From assembly GCA_037441385.1 (NCBI GenBank), contig JBBISH010000052.1:1-40909 (forward strand): a DNA stretch of 40,909 nucleotides, given 5' to 3'. Both the position numbers and the translations under genes were made by a program. The notes under the pieces were generated by a model. That model did not search any database. It was given only the letters and a program-made list of their open reading frames with translations, and was not told where the DNA came from. Origin of the DNA: Myxococcales bacterium. Lineage in GTDB: Bacteria > Myxococcota_A > UBA9042. Positions 18,701 to 26,278 of the stretch are shown one piece after another; positions within the stretch are counted from its first letter, which is position 1, and each line of letters starts with the position of its first letter.

Positions 18701-19537
18701 GGGATCCAGCAGCCCCTGGATCAAGTCGGCCAAGCGGCTCGGGACCTGGTCGATCGGGTTGGCCAAGTACGCGGGCGCGCGGTGCAGCCCCCCGGCGTAG
18801 CGGGACTGGACGGATTCGAAAGGCAAACGGCCGGTCACCGTCAAGTGCAGCATGGCGCCCACGGCGTACCAATCCGCCGCCGGGCTGGGCGCCTTGCCGG
18901 CGAGTTGCTCGGGCGCCATGAAGCTGGGCGTGCCGTGCAAGCCACCGGCATGGACGGCGTCGGCGCCGCCGCCGGTCGCGACCCCAAAATCGAGCAGGAC
19001 TGTGCGACCAAGCGGCGTGATCACCACGTTCGACGGCTTGACGTCGCAGTGGACCAAACCCGCCCCGTGCATCGCCCGCAGCCCTTCGCTCAGCTGCCCA
19101 AGGCTGGTCTTCAGGCGGCCCATGTCGACGTTGGGGCGGCCCTGGGCAGCCGCAGCGGCTGGCGGCTCGACCAACTGGGGGTCATCGGCCGCGAGCGTTG
19201 GACCGTACAAGGCCTCGCGCCACTTGGCCGACTGCTGGGGGTCGGCGTCGCGGCACCAGTGCTCGAACGTCGTCGCGCCCTCGACCAGCTCCATCGTGAA
19301 GAAGCACTCGGTCTCGTCGGCGTGCAGTTCGTACAGTTGGACCAAGTTGGGGTGCAGGACATCGGCCAACAGGCGAAATTCGCGCTTGATCGCCGACCGT
19401 TGTCCGCTCGTGACCTTCAGGAAGGTCTTGAGCGCGACGTGGCGGTTGGTCATCGGGTCGAACGCCCGATAGACCACACCCATGCCGCCGCTACCCAGCA
19501 CGGCATCGAGCCGAAACCGCCCGATCGTACCTTGCAT
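15770..19537 (-). CDS. Ser/Thr protein kinase fused to a STAND-type AAA ATPase and a helical (TPR-like) repeat region
   Basis: LGSGGMGVVY, VALK, HCDVKPSN, DFG, GTPSFMAPE; Walker A GPSGIGKS, Walker B VVWIDDWQW, GGSPF motif. ATG 19537 follows GAGGG. Confidence 0.93.
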   Translation of the reverse strand: MQGTIGRFRLDAVLGSGGMGVVYRAFDPMTNRHVALKTFLKVTSGQRSAIKREFRLLADVLHPNLVQLYELHADETECFFTMELVEGATTFEHWCRDADPQQSAKWREALYGPTLAADDPQLVEPPAAAAAQGRPNVDMGRLKTSLGQLSEGLRAMHGAGLVHCDVKPSNVVITPLGRTVLLDFGVATGGGADAVHAGGLHGTPSFMAPEQLAGKAPSPAADWYAVGAMLHLTVTGRLPFESVQSRYAGGLHRAPAYLANPIDQVPSRLADLIQGLLDPDPRRRFGAPQVAGWLGQIRPAQPSFRTSQAIAVGLVGRARELAHLRSWLEVAGRTPVAVRLAGPSGIGKSALLRHFLQQAVTTDQVVALAGRCHPMVTLPFKAFDELVESLARRMEAGLFNPDLQAIAPAELAALTSVFPVLSEPIWRRRPRAPAPPQPTERRRAAFGALASLFADLAREATPVVWIDDWQWTDADSMDLLASLLAHPVIPRLLLVLSHRPDAELVQRLDSLEAATPRVQWHAMALTALGGDDATALVQQSLLSADPAAIEGLRHAIDEAGGSPFLLRQIATVASQVQQSAWQGRPLAQLLSVQTSSLDAAELAVLQAVAVSGAPVPRAVVGRLPGTLEGLHNSIELLRKRCLVRFNFGGEGQTLLPYHDRVGDAVLAELDAEQLAALHAALAKAWQAEADPLPEPILRHLEGAGDLVQAGHYAVLAAERASAALAFDQAASAWAKAIALGATDLPRWQLFARQAESLADCGRGALAADAWVEAARLAEPLAGEATAEQMRQNASVEYLRVGRVDQGMGLLREVLAKVGWHLPGGRGRAIADMLWQRARLAMRGLDFRLRDGELPATDARYLDTLWAAATGVSFLDFVKANALGVAHLRGALDLGDRRRILRSLAYEACYHSMLGGHAGVARAEAMLETAKGLALDPPEPYETAWLALGKSSLAYFAGHFRVAYEQGLKGARIFATQCRAVSWEISSCQGFVVSALPYLGRFDELRTRLPDLIAEEDSRGATLAATGLHLGPRSLLWLADHGAARWQADADTRMAWWWQNAPETHAYEYVLAACQAALYQGQVALARHTFDEHRAKVVRGSYYRVQFIAAELYDLEGRILLAEAAQRRTAKNKAILNQVRALANKLATSPVAVAQVFRGGLLAGVAWQGGDGQTAAQILGETAQQASDLDLALHATAMGWALATCRQDRAAMATARTAVAALGVVAPQAMAHMLLPGIPIQDLERGAAPMRAEDPN

Positions 19538-19701
19538 TCGTCCCTCACGGGTACGCTGGCTCGCCTGCGGTGACCCAACAGAAGGGAACGACGAGTGCAC
19601 AACCCAACGCTGGGATACTAGCGGGCGCGGGCCAGGCGCGCAACGCGAAGCCAGCGTTTGGCCCGGTGCGCCGGCCCTACGCCGTAGTTGTGGCGGGGGA
19701 A

Positions 19702-19840
19702 CTAATACCAATTCCGTCCGAATCGGATCGAAAACTCGGGCAATTCTTCGGGTCCGAACCGGGGTCCCCGCCTGATTCTCGCCAGTTGCAGAACGGGTCA
19801 GAAAAGCCGTACAGGCGCGAATCAGGTGGGGTGCGCATAA
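19702..19840. mobile_element. MITE-like element, copy B (inverted relative to copy A)
   Basis: About 90% identical to 6039-6173 in reverse orientation; terminus CTAATACCAATTCCGTCCGAATC. Confidence 0.65.
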
Positions 19841-19869
19841 CCTACGCACTCCAGGTGGTCGAGGCTGGG

Positions 19870-21006
19870 TCACCCGACCAACGTCTGCCCCACCAACCAC
19901 CCCTCAATCACCCGCTGCCCCAGCCGCGACAGCCCCGAGGTCTGGCCCAGCGCCGCCGCCAGCGTCACCCAGCGCGCCTGCACGTAACCCAGTTCTGTTA
20001 GGTCGAATTCCTGCCCGGCGTCCAGCTCGGCCAGCACCTCCGCCCCCACCACATACCTGCGATGCGACAGCAGGTGCACCACCTCGGGCAGCTCGGCCAG
20101 GTGCTGCACGGCCTTGCCTTTCAGCCAGTTGCGCAGGGTCTCGCCGGCGTCGTCGCCCTCGGCGGTCGGCGGTTCCCATAGACCGGCCCAGCGCCCGGTT
20201 GGCCCGCGCCTGCCCAGCAGGACCAGATCCTCGCTGGGATCCGTGGGTCCCTCGCGCCCCGGCCGCAGCAGCAGCACCGCGCGGGCTGGCACGCCCAGCA
20301 CCTTGGTCTTGGGGCGCGTCGGCGGGATTTGCCGTTGCAGCCCCTGGGCTTGGGCCTCGCAGCCCTCGCGAACCGGACACAGCATGCACTGCGGGTCCTT
20401 GGGGCTGCACAGCGTGGCGCCCAGCTCCATCAGCGCCTGGTTCCAGGTGCCGGGTTGGCTGTGCGCAGGGAGGCCTGGTTCCAGCTCGCGTTCAGCCTCT
20501 TCCCACACGGCTTTCTTGCCGGCGCCTTGGCTGGGGTCATCGGGCAGGGCCAGCCAGCGGCTCAGCACCCGCGCCACGTTGCCGTCGACCAGCGCGGCCG
20601 GCTGGCCAAACGCAATCGACCGCACCGCGCCCACCGTGTAGGGCCCCAGGCCGGGCAGGGCTTGCAACGCCGCGGTCTCGCTGGGCAACTGGCCGCCGTG
20701 GCGCTCGCACACCGCCTGGGCCGCCGCGTGCAGGTAGCGGGCGCGGCGGTAGTAGCCCAGGCCGGTCCACTGCTGCAACACCTCGTCTTCGCTGGCGCTT
20801 GCCAGATCGGCCCAGCCCGGCCAGCGCCGCAGCCAGCGCGCAAAGTAGTCGCGCACGGTGTCGACGCGGGTCTGCTGCAGCATCAGCTCGGACACCACCA
20901 CCGCGTAGGCGGGCGGCGGCGGGCCATCGGGGTCGGCGCGCCACGGCAGCTTGCGGTGGTGCGCGCGGTACCAGGCGAGCAGGGCGGTCTGGCGGTCGCG
21001 GGGCAT
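19870..21006 (-). CDS. mutY: A/G-specific adenine glycosylase
   Basis: VSELMLQQTRV, WTGLGYYRRAR, HhH LPGLGPYT, VDGNVARV, 4Fe-4S motif CSPKDPQCMLCPVREGC, NUDIX-like GLWEPP. Confidence 0.96.
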   Translation of the reverse strand: MPRDRQTALLAWYRAHHRKLPWRADPDGPPPPAYAVVVSELMLQQTRVDTVRDYFARWLRRWPGWADLASASEDEVLQQWTGLGYYRRARYLHAAAQAVCERHGGQLPSETAALQALPGLGPYTVGAVRSIAFGQPAALVDGNVARVLSRWLALPDDPSQGAGKKAVWEEAERELEPGLPAHSQPGTWNQALMELGATLCSPKDPQCMLCPVREGCEAQAQGLQRQIPPTRPKTKVLGVPARAVLLLRPGREGPTDPSEDLVLLGRRGPTGRWAGLWEPPTAEGDDAGETLRNWLKGKAVQHLAELPEVVHLLSHRRYVVGAEVLAELDAGQEFDLTELGYVQARWVTLAAALGQTSGLSRLGQRVIEGWLVGQTLVG

Positions 21007-21036
21007 GGGGCTCCTGGGCCACTAGGGCCCTAAAAA

Positions 21037-21089
21037 CCCCTCGCCCAAAGCTTTGGGAGAGGGGTGCCGCACAGCGGCGGGGTGAGGGC
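21037..21089. repeat. REP-like palindromic element
   Basis: CCCCTCGCCCAAAGCTTTGGGAGAGGGG hairpin plus GGGGTGAGGGC tail; related inverted copy at 39393-39448. Confidence 0.75.
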
Positions 21090-21143
21090 TCTGAGCGCTC
21101 GAATCACCAAAAAACATTCAATTCTTATGGACTTCGCTGATCC

Positions 21144-22799
21144 CTACGGCCCCGCCCGTCCGATCAGCCGCGCATCAAAGCAGGCCTCGCGCCAGGCCTC
21201 TTGGTCGGCGTAGATCTCAAAGGCGATCTCTTTTCCGGCATCGGTCGGGCGCAGCGGCACCGACCAGCGGTAATAGCTGAAGTCATCGGTCGGCAAGGTC
21301 TTTTCCCAGCGCTGCTCGCCGCCCACCAGCACGGTGAAGCGCACCGGTGTGCCCGTGTCGCCGTGGCGGACCGCCCACAGGCGATTGCCCAGGCGGCCTT
21401 GCAGCTCGGTGCCGGCCGGCAGGTCGCCAAAGGTGAGGCGCAGCGTGCCGTGGTCGCCAGGCGGGTGGACAAAGATGCACTCGCGGCGGGTGCCGCCCAC
21501 CTCGTGCAGACCCTGCCACACGTCTTGGTACTCCGCGCCCCCACAGGCGTGGCGGCCGGTCTGCGGATCGCCGCGCCACGGGCAGTCGCGCCAGGCGGCG
21601 TTGGCTTCGCCCAAGCGGATCTTGGCGTGAGCGCTAGACAATTGCCTGCGAAAGTCAAAGGCCGTGGTCGAGTGCGGCAGTTGGTACAGGCCCACCACCG
21701 TGCCGTGGCCCACGTCTTCGCGGCGCAGCTGGATGGCGCCCACCTCGGCGCGCTCGAAACGGTCGTGGGTGCCGACCAGCCACAACCGGCGGTGGCCGTC
21801 GGCCGTCCACGGATCGTAGGGGTCGCCCCACAGCAGATCGTCGTCCAGTTTCAAGCCCTTGCCCGTCCAAGCTTGGTCGAATAGCCAGGCCTCGTGGGCA
21901 CCCCAGTCCGGAGTAAAGGCAAGCGCATCACCGGCTTGCAGGTCCTTCGCGACGATCGCCGCCGCTCGCTGCAAGCTGGCGTGGTCCGGCGCAACGGCGC
22001 GCTCGTGCGCCCGCGACAGCCACGGCACCGCCGCGCTGACGAGCAGCAGCACCAGGCCGAACATTGCCGCGGGGGTTGCGAATTTCTGCCAGGGCGACGG
22101 CGGTGGCGGCGCTGGCACCAGCGGAATCGCGGCGCTCGATCGGCTCCCCACCGGCCGCAGCGAGCCACTTGGCCGCCGCATCGGCTGGTCGATCTCGTCG
22201 GCCGAGATGCCGCTGATGGGCCGCGGCGCGTAGGTGTCCGTCGGGCGCCCTGGCGAACCATCCGCAGCTGGGGCCGGGTTCTCGCCTTCGCCGGGCACAA
22301 ATTCGTCGCCCGGGCGCCAGCGCTGCTTGCGGTGGCTGGCCAGCGCTGCTTCCTCGGCCGGCGTACCCGTAGGGGCAAACTGCGGCAGCGGCGAGGCGGG
22401 TTGCAGCGCGCGAATACTGGCCGAAGACGCAGACTTGGCCGGCAGCAGCGCCTCGGCCTGGCCTGCCGACGTGCCTGGGGTCCAGCGCTTGAGTTCCGCT
22501 GGAGCCTCGTCCAGCTCGGGGATCGGACTGTCCGACAGCTCGAACGGCGGCATCACGCCGGTCATGACCATTTCCGCGTGGCGCGGCCGACCCTTGCCTC
22601 CACGCAGGGGGCCCGTCGTCTCCGTCGCGACCTCGCTCTGTAACGGCTCGGTCAGGGCCGGCGATACCGCTGGGCCGGTCGGCTCCGGCGCCTCCACAGG
22701 CAGCGCCTCGGCAGAATCTGCTGCGAGTTCAGCCACATCGGTTGCTTCCGGCGGCGGCTGCGGAGGGTCGGGCTGGTCTGGGCGCGGGTCTTCGCTCAT
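21144..22799 (-). CDS. Hypothetical membrane protein: Pro/Glu-rich disordered N-terminus, one TM helix, extracytoplasmic beta-rich domain
   Basis: 551-aa ORF, TM segment AMFGLVLLLVSAAVPWL, paired Cys residues in the C-terminal domain. Confidence 0.75.
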   Translation of the reverse strand: MSEDPRPDQPDPPQPPPEATDVAELAADSAEALPVEAPEPTGPAVSPALTEPLQSEVATETTGPLRGGKGRPRHAEMVMTGVMPPFELSDSPIPELDEAPAELKRWTPGTSAGQAEALLPAKSASSASIRALQPASPLPQFAPTGTPAEEAALASHRKQRWRPGDEFVPGEGENPAPAADGSPGRPTDTYAPRPISGISADEIDQPMRRPSGSLRPVGSRSSAAIPLVPAPPPPSPWQKFATPAAMFGLVLLLVSAAVPWLSRAHERAVAPDHASLQRAAAIVAKDLQAGDALAFTPDWGAHEAWLFDQAWTGKGLKLDDDLLWGDPYDPWTADGHRRLWLVGTHDRFERAEVGAIQLRREDVGHGTVVGLYQLPHSTTAFDFRRQLSSAHAKIRLGEANAAWRDCPWRGDPQTGRHACGGAEYQDVWQGLHEVGGTRRECIFVHPPGDHGTLRLTFGDLPAGTELQGRLGNRLWAVRHGDTGTPVRFTVLVGGEQRWEKTLPTDDFSYYRWSVPLRPTDAGKEIAFEIYADQEAWREACFDARLIGRAGP

Positions 22800-22974
22800 G
22801 GGCCGCAGGGTAGCACGGCCAGGGCACTGCGGCTATCCTAGCGCCGCGCCGGCGCCTTGCCGTGCCCGGCAGTTCAGCCTGTTGCGGGGGGCGCGACCCG
22901 CGAGCCCGCCGATCCCGCGCGAGCGCCGCCGCCGCAGAGCCTGCCGACGCCGAAAAACTGCCAAGGATTTTCCC

Positions 22975-24651
22975 ATGTCCAGTGCTGTCTCGCCGTCTGC
23001 CGTGGTGAGCGCCGCCGCCCCGGTGCCGCCGGGTTTTGGCTGCCCCGAGCTCCGCCTCCCCGCCGACCAAGTGGCGCGCGCGCGGACCCTGGCCCGCCAA
23101 GTGGCCGCCGAGGTCGACGCCTTCACTGAGCGCCGCTCAACCGTCGCCATCGAGCGCACCGTGCTCCGGTTGTTGGGCGTGGACGGCGCGGGCGACGACG
23201 GCGTGCCGTGGGTCAACCGCATCGTCGACCAGTTGCAGGGCGAAGGGCTCTTGCAAAGTGGTGTCGCCGCGCCGTTTTGCCAGGCGATGCTGGACCGCGG
23301 GCTGAGCGCGCAAGAAGCCGCGCACGCGGTGGTGCAAGGCCACATCGATCTGCGGCCCTACGCGGCCCAGGCCATCCCTGGGCTGCAGCCGGCGGCCCGC
23401 CAACTGGGTGATCACCTGGCCCAACACGGCCTGCAGCGCATCGCCGCCCAGCGCGCCACCCGGCAGAACTTCTTGGATACCTTGGGGTGTGGCCCGCAGC
23501 CGCTGCTCTACGTGATCGTGGCGACCGGCAACATCTACGAAGATGTGGTGCAAGCCCGCGTCGCGGCGCGCCAAGGCGCCGATGTCATCGCGGTCATTCG
23601 CTCGACCGGTCAAAGCCTGCTGGACTACGTGCCGCAGGGCACTACCACCGAAGGGTTTGGCGGCACCTTTGCCACCCAGGCCAATTTCCGCCTGATGCGC
23701 GCGGCGCTCGACGAGGTGGGGCAGGAACTGGGCCGCTACATCCGCCTGTGCAACTACGCCAGCGGCCTGTGCATGCCCGAGATCGCGGCGATGGGCGGCC
23801 TGGAACGCCTGGACATGATGCTGAACGACGCGCTGTACGGCATCTTGTTCCGCGACATCAACATGCAGCGAACCCTGTGCGATCAGCGGGTTTCGCGGCG
23901 TCTGTCGGCCCTGGCCGGCATCCTCATCAACACCGGCGAAGACAACTACTTGACCACCGCCGACGCGGTGGAGGCGGCCCACACGGTAGTGGCGTCGACG
24001 CTGATCAACGAAGCCCTGGCGCGCGGCGCCGGCCTGCAGACCGAGCAGCTGGGCCTGGGCCACGCCATGGAGATCGACCCCTTGCGGCCCGACGCGCTGC
24101 TGCTCGAGTTGGCGCAGGCCATGCTGATTCGCACGCTTTTCCCGGGCGCACCGCTCAAGTACATGCCGCCCACCAAGCACATGACCGGCAACATCCTGCG
24201 CGGCCACGTGCAAGACGCGCTGTTCGACTTGGTGGGGGTGATGACCGGGCAGGGTATTCAACTGCTTGGAATGGCGACCGAAGCCATGCACACGCCGCAC
24301 ATCCACGACCGCGCTTGGGCCCTGGAAGCGGCGAAAATGATTTTCATGGGCGGGCGCGCTCTGGGCTCGGAGCTGGCGGTGCGGCCAGACGGCGCGATCG
24401 AGGTGCGGGCGCGCGAAACCTTGGGCAAAGCCTTGGATCTGCTCGAAGAGATCGCCAAAGATGGCCTGATGCGGTCGCTGGCGCAGGGGCACTTTGCCGA
24501 CATCGCGCGTTCGCCCGACGGCGGCCGCGGCCTGGCCGGCGTGTTCGAGCGCGGCCCGGACTACTGGGATCCGACCGAGGCGCCCATCACCCGCGAGCTG
24601 CAGAGCCGCGGCTGGCTGACGCCGCAGGGCACCGCCGTGTGGCCGGCGTAG
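22975..24651 (+). CDS. kamD: D-lysine/beta-lysine 5,6-aminomutase alpha subunit
   Basis: YVIVATGNIYEDVVQA, AVIRSTGQSLLDYVP, NYASGLCMPEIA, NTGEDNYLTTADA, KYMPPTK. Confidence 0.95.
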   Translation: MSSAVSPSAVVSAAAPVPPGFGCPELRLPADQVARARTLARQVAAEVDAFTERRSTVAIERTVLRLLGVDGAGDDGVPWVNRIVDQLQGEGLLQSGVAAPFCQAMLDRGLSAQEAAHAVVQGHIDLRPYAAQAIPGLQPAARQLGDHLAQHGLQRIAAQRATRQNFLDTLGCGPQPLLYVIVATGNIYEDVVQARVAARQGADVIAVIRSTGQSLLDYVPQGTTTEGFGGTFATQANFRLMRAALDEVGQELGRYIRLCNYASGLCMPEIAAMGGLERLDMMLNDALYGILFRDINMQRTLCDQRVSRRLSALAGILINTGEDNYLTTADAVEAAHTVVASTLINEALARGAGLQTEQLGLGHAMEIDPLRPDALLLELAQAMLIRTLFPGAPLKYMPPTKHMTGNILRGHVQDALFDLVGVMTGQGIQLLGMATEAMHTPHIHDRAWALEAAKMIFMGGRALGSELAVRPDGAIEVRARETLGKALDLLEEIAKDGLMRSLAQGHFADIARSPDGGRGLAGVFERGPDYWDPTEAPITRELQSRGWLTPQGTAVWPA

Positions 24652-24660
24652 GGGGAGAGC

Positions 24661-25452
24661 ATGGCAACTCACGGCCGAACCGAAGCACAACCCGTTGATC
24701 TGACCCAGGTTCGCGCCTATGGCGACACGCTGAACGACGGGGCGGTGGCGCTCTCGTTCTCGCTGCCCGTGCCCTGTGGCGACGAGGCCAAAGAGGCCGC
24801 CCGCCAGCTGGTGCGGCAAATGGGCCTGACCGACCCGCAGGTCTACCACGCCCACGACTTGGGCGAGGGCTACACTTGGCTGCTGGTCTACGCCAAGTCG
24901 CCGTATTCGGTAGACTTTACCAAGATCAGCGTGCCCAAGGTCGCTACCAGCAAGCTGAGCCACGTCGCCATCGAGGACTTCTGGCGCGCCCAGGGCGGCG
25001 GCGAAAAGCTCCGCGTCATCGGCGCTTGCACGGGCGACGACGCCCACACCGTCGGCATCGACGCCATCTTGAACTACAAGGGCTGGCGCGGCGACAAAGG
25101 TCTGGAGTCGTACAAGTGCTTTGCGGTCAAGAACTTGGGTGCCCAAGTCGAAAACGATCGCCTGCTGGCCGAGGCCGCGGCCTTTGGCGCCGACGTGATC
25201 CTGGTGTCGCAGGTGGTGACGCAAAAAGACTGCCACCGCACCAACTTGGCCGCGCTGGTTGACCTGGCCGAAGCGGAGGGTGCCCGCCACGAGCGCATCT
25301 TTGTCTGCGGCGGGCCACGCCTGAGCCACCCGATCGCCCTAGAGCTGGGCTTTGACGCGGGCTTTGGTCCCGGCACGCTGCCCAGCGACGTCGCCTCGTA
25401 CCTGGTGCAGGCGGTGGCGCAGCGCCGCCGCGAAAATGCCCAGCCCGCGTAA
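24661..25452 (+). CDS. kamE: Lysine 5,6-aminomutase beta subunit (B12-binding)
   Basis: YGDTLNDGAVALSFSLP dimerisation domain, DAHTVG (DxHxxG cobalamin motif), NYKG (PLP lysine), GFDAGFGPG. Confidence 0.95.
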   Translation: MATHGRTEAQPVDLTQVRAYGDTLNDGAVALSFSLPVPCGDEAKEAARQLVRQMGLTDPQVYHAHDLGEGYTWLLVYAKSPYSVDFTKISVPKVATSKLSHVAIEDFWRAQGGGEKLRVIGACTGDDAHTVGIDAILNYKGWRGDKGLESYKCFAVKNLGAQVENDRLLAEAAAFGADVILVSQVVTQKDCHRTNLAALVDLAEAEGARHERIFVCGGPRLSHPIALELGFDAGFGPGTLPSDVASYLVQAVAQRRRENAQPA

Positions 25453-25614
25453 CCTGGCTCTGCGCGGTCGGCGGCCTGCCGGCACCAGCCGCGACGGCCG
25501 GCGATTTGCGCTTGCGAGCCGTGAAGTTTACCCTCTCGCGCGGCGTTGAAGGCCTGCTGCCATCGGGGCGGCACGCGGACAGCGCACGAATTCGGTCGTG
25601 CAAAGGTGGTGAAC

Positions 25615-26208
25615 GTGATTTCTCGTTTGATGATCGTTAGTTTGCTGGGTGTGATTTCGATCGTGACGCCGGTGCTGGCCGCCCCCGCGGCGCCCGCTCC
25701 CGCCCCGGCCGAGGCTGCGGTCAACCCCGTCGAAAAGCCGATCCGCACCCTGATCGGCGCGGTCCGCTTTGGCAAATTCCCCATGGCGCTGCAGCAGATG
25801 TCGGGCGAGGCCCAGGGCAAGCTCTTGCTGGGCGACGACTGGCAGAAGGGCACCGACGCCCAGCGCGCCGAGTTCATCAAGAACTTCCACGCCGTGTTCG
25901 CCAAGCAGGCGATGCCCAAGATCCAATCGAACTTCGAGCACTTGGAGGCGATGGTCTACGAGGCGCCCGAGATCAATGGCGACACCGCTTCGATCAAGTC
26001 GGTGGTCACCGTGCTGCACGCCATGAAGAAGCAGGAGTACAAGCTCAAGTACAAGCTGCAGAAAATCGGCGCCGACTGGAAGGTGGTCGACGTGGCGGTG
26101 CTGGGCGACTCGATGCTCAAGGGCATCCGCGACGACCAGATCGTGCCGATCATGAAAGAAGGCGGCTGGAACAAGCTGCTCGAGCTGCTCCGCGAGAAGG
26201 CCAAGTAG
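25615..26208 (+). CDS. MlaC/Ttg2D (HpnM-like) periplasmic lipid-binding protein
   Basis: Signal peptide, WQKGTDAQRAEF, WKVVDVAVLGDSML. Start is uncertain (25609-25630). Confidence 0.8.
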   Translation: MISRLMIVSLLGVISIVTPVLAAPAAPAPAPAEAAVNPVEKPIRTLIGAVRFGKFPMALQQMSGEAQGKLLLGDDWQKGTDAQRAEFIKNFHAVFAKQAMPKIQSNFEHLEAMVYEAPEINGDTASIKSVVTVLHAMKKQEYKLKYKLQKIGADWKVVDVAVLGDSMLKGIRDDQIVPIMKEGGWNKLLELLREKAK

Positions 26209-26278
26209 TCGGGCCGACTCCGCGCTGCCGCGCCCCCGTCGCTTCTGGGGCGCCCTAATCCCACTGCAAGGATCTCGC

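Noticed and set aside
22800..22974. Cobalamin riboswitch upstream of kamD
   Set aside because: Only a weak AGAGCCTGCC resemblance to the B12 box; the conserved GGGAA and GCCACTG elements are not evident.
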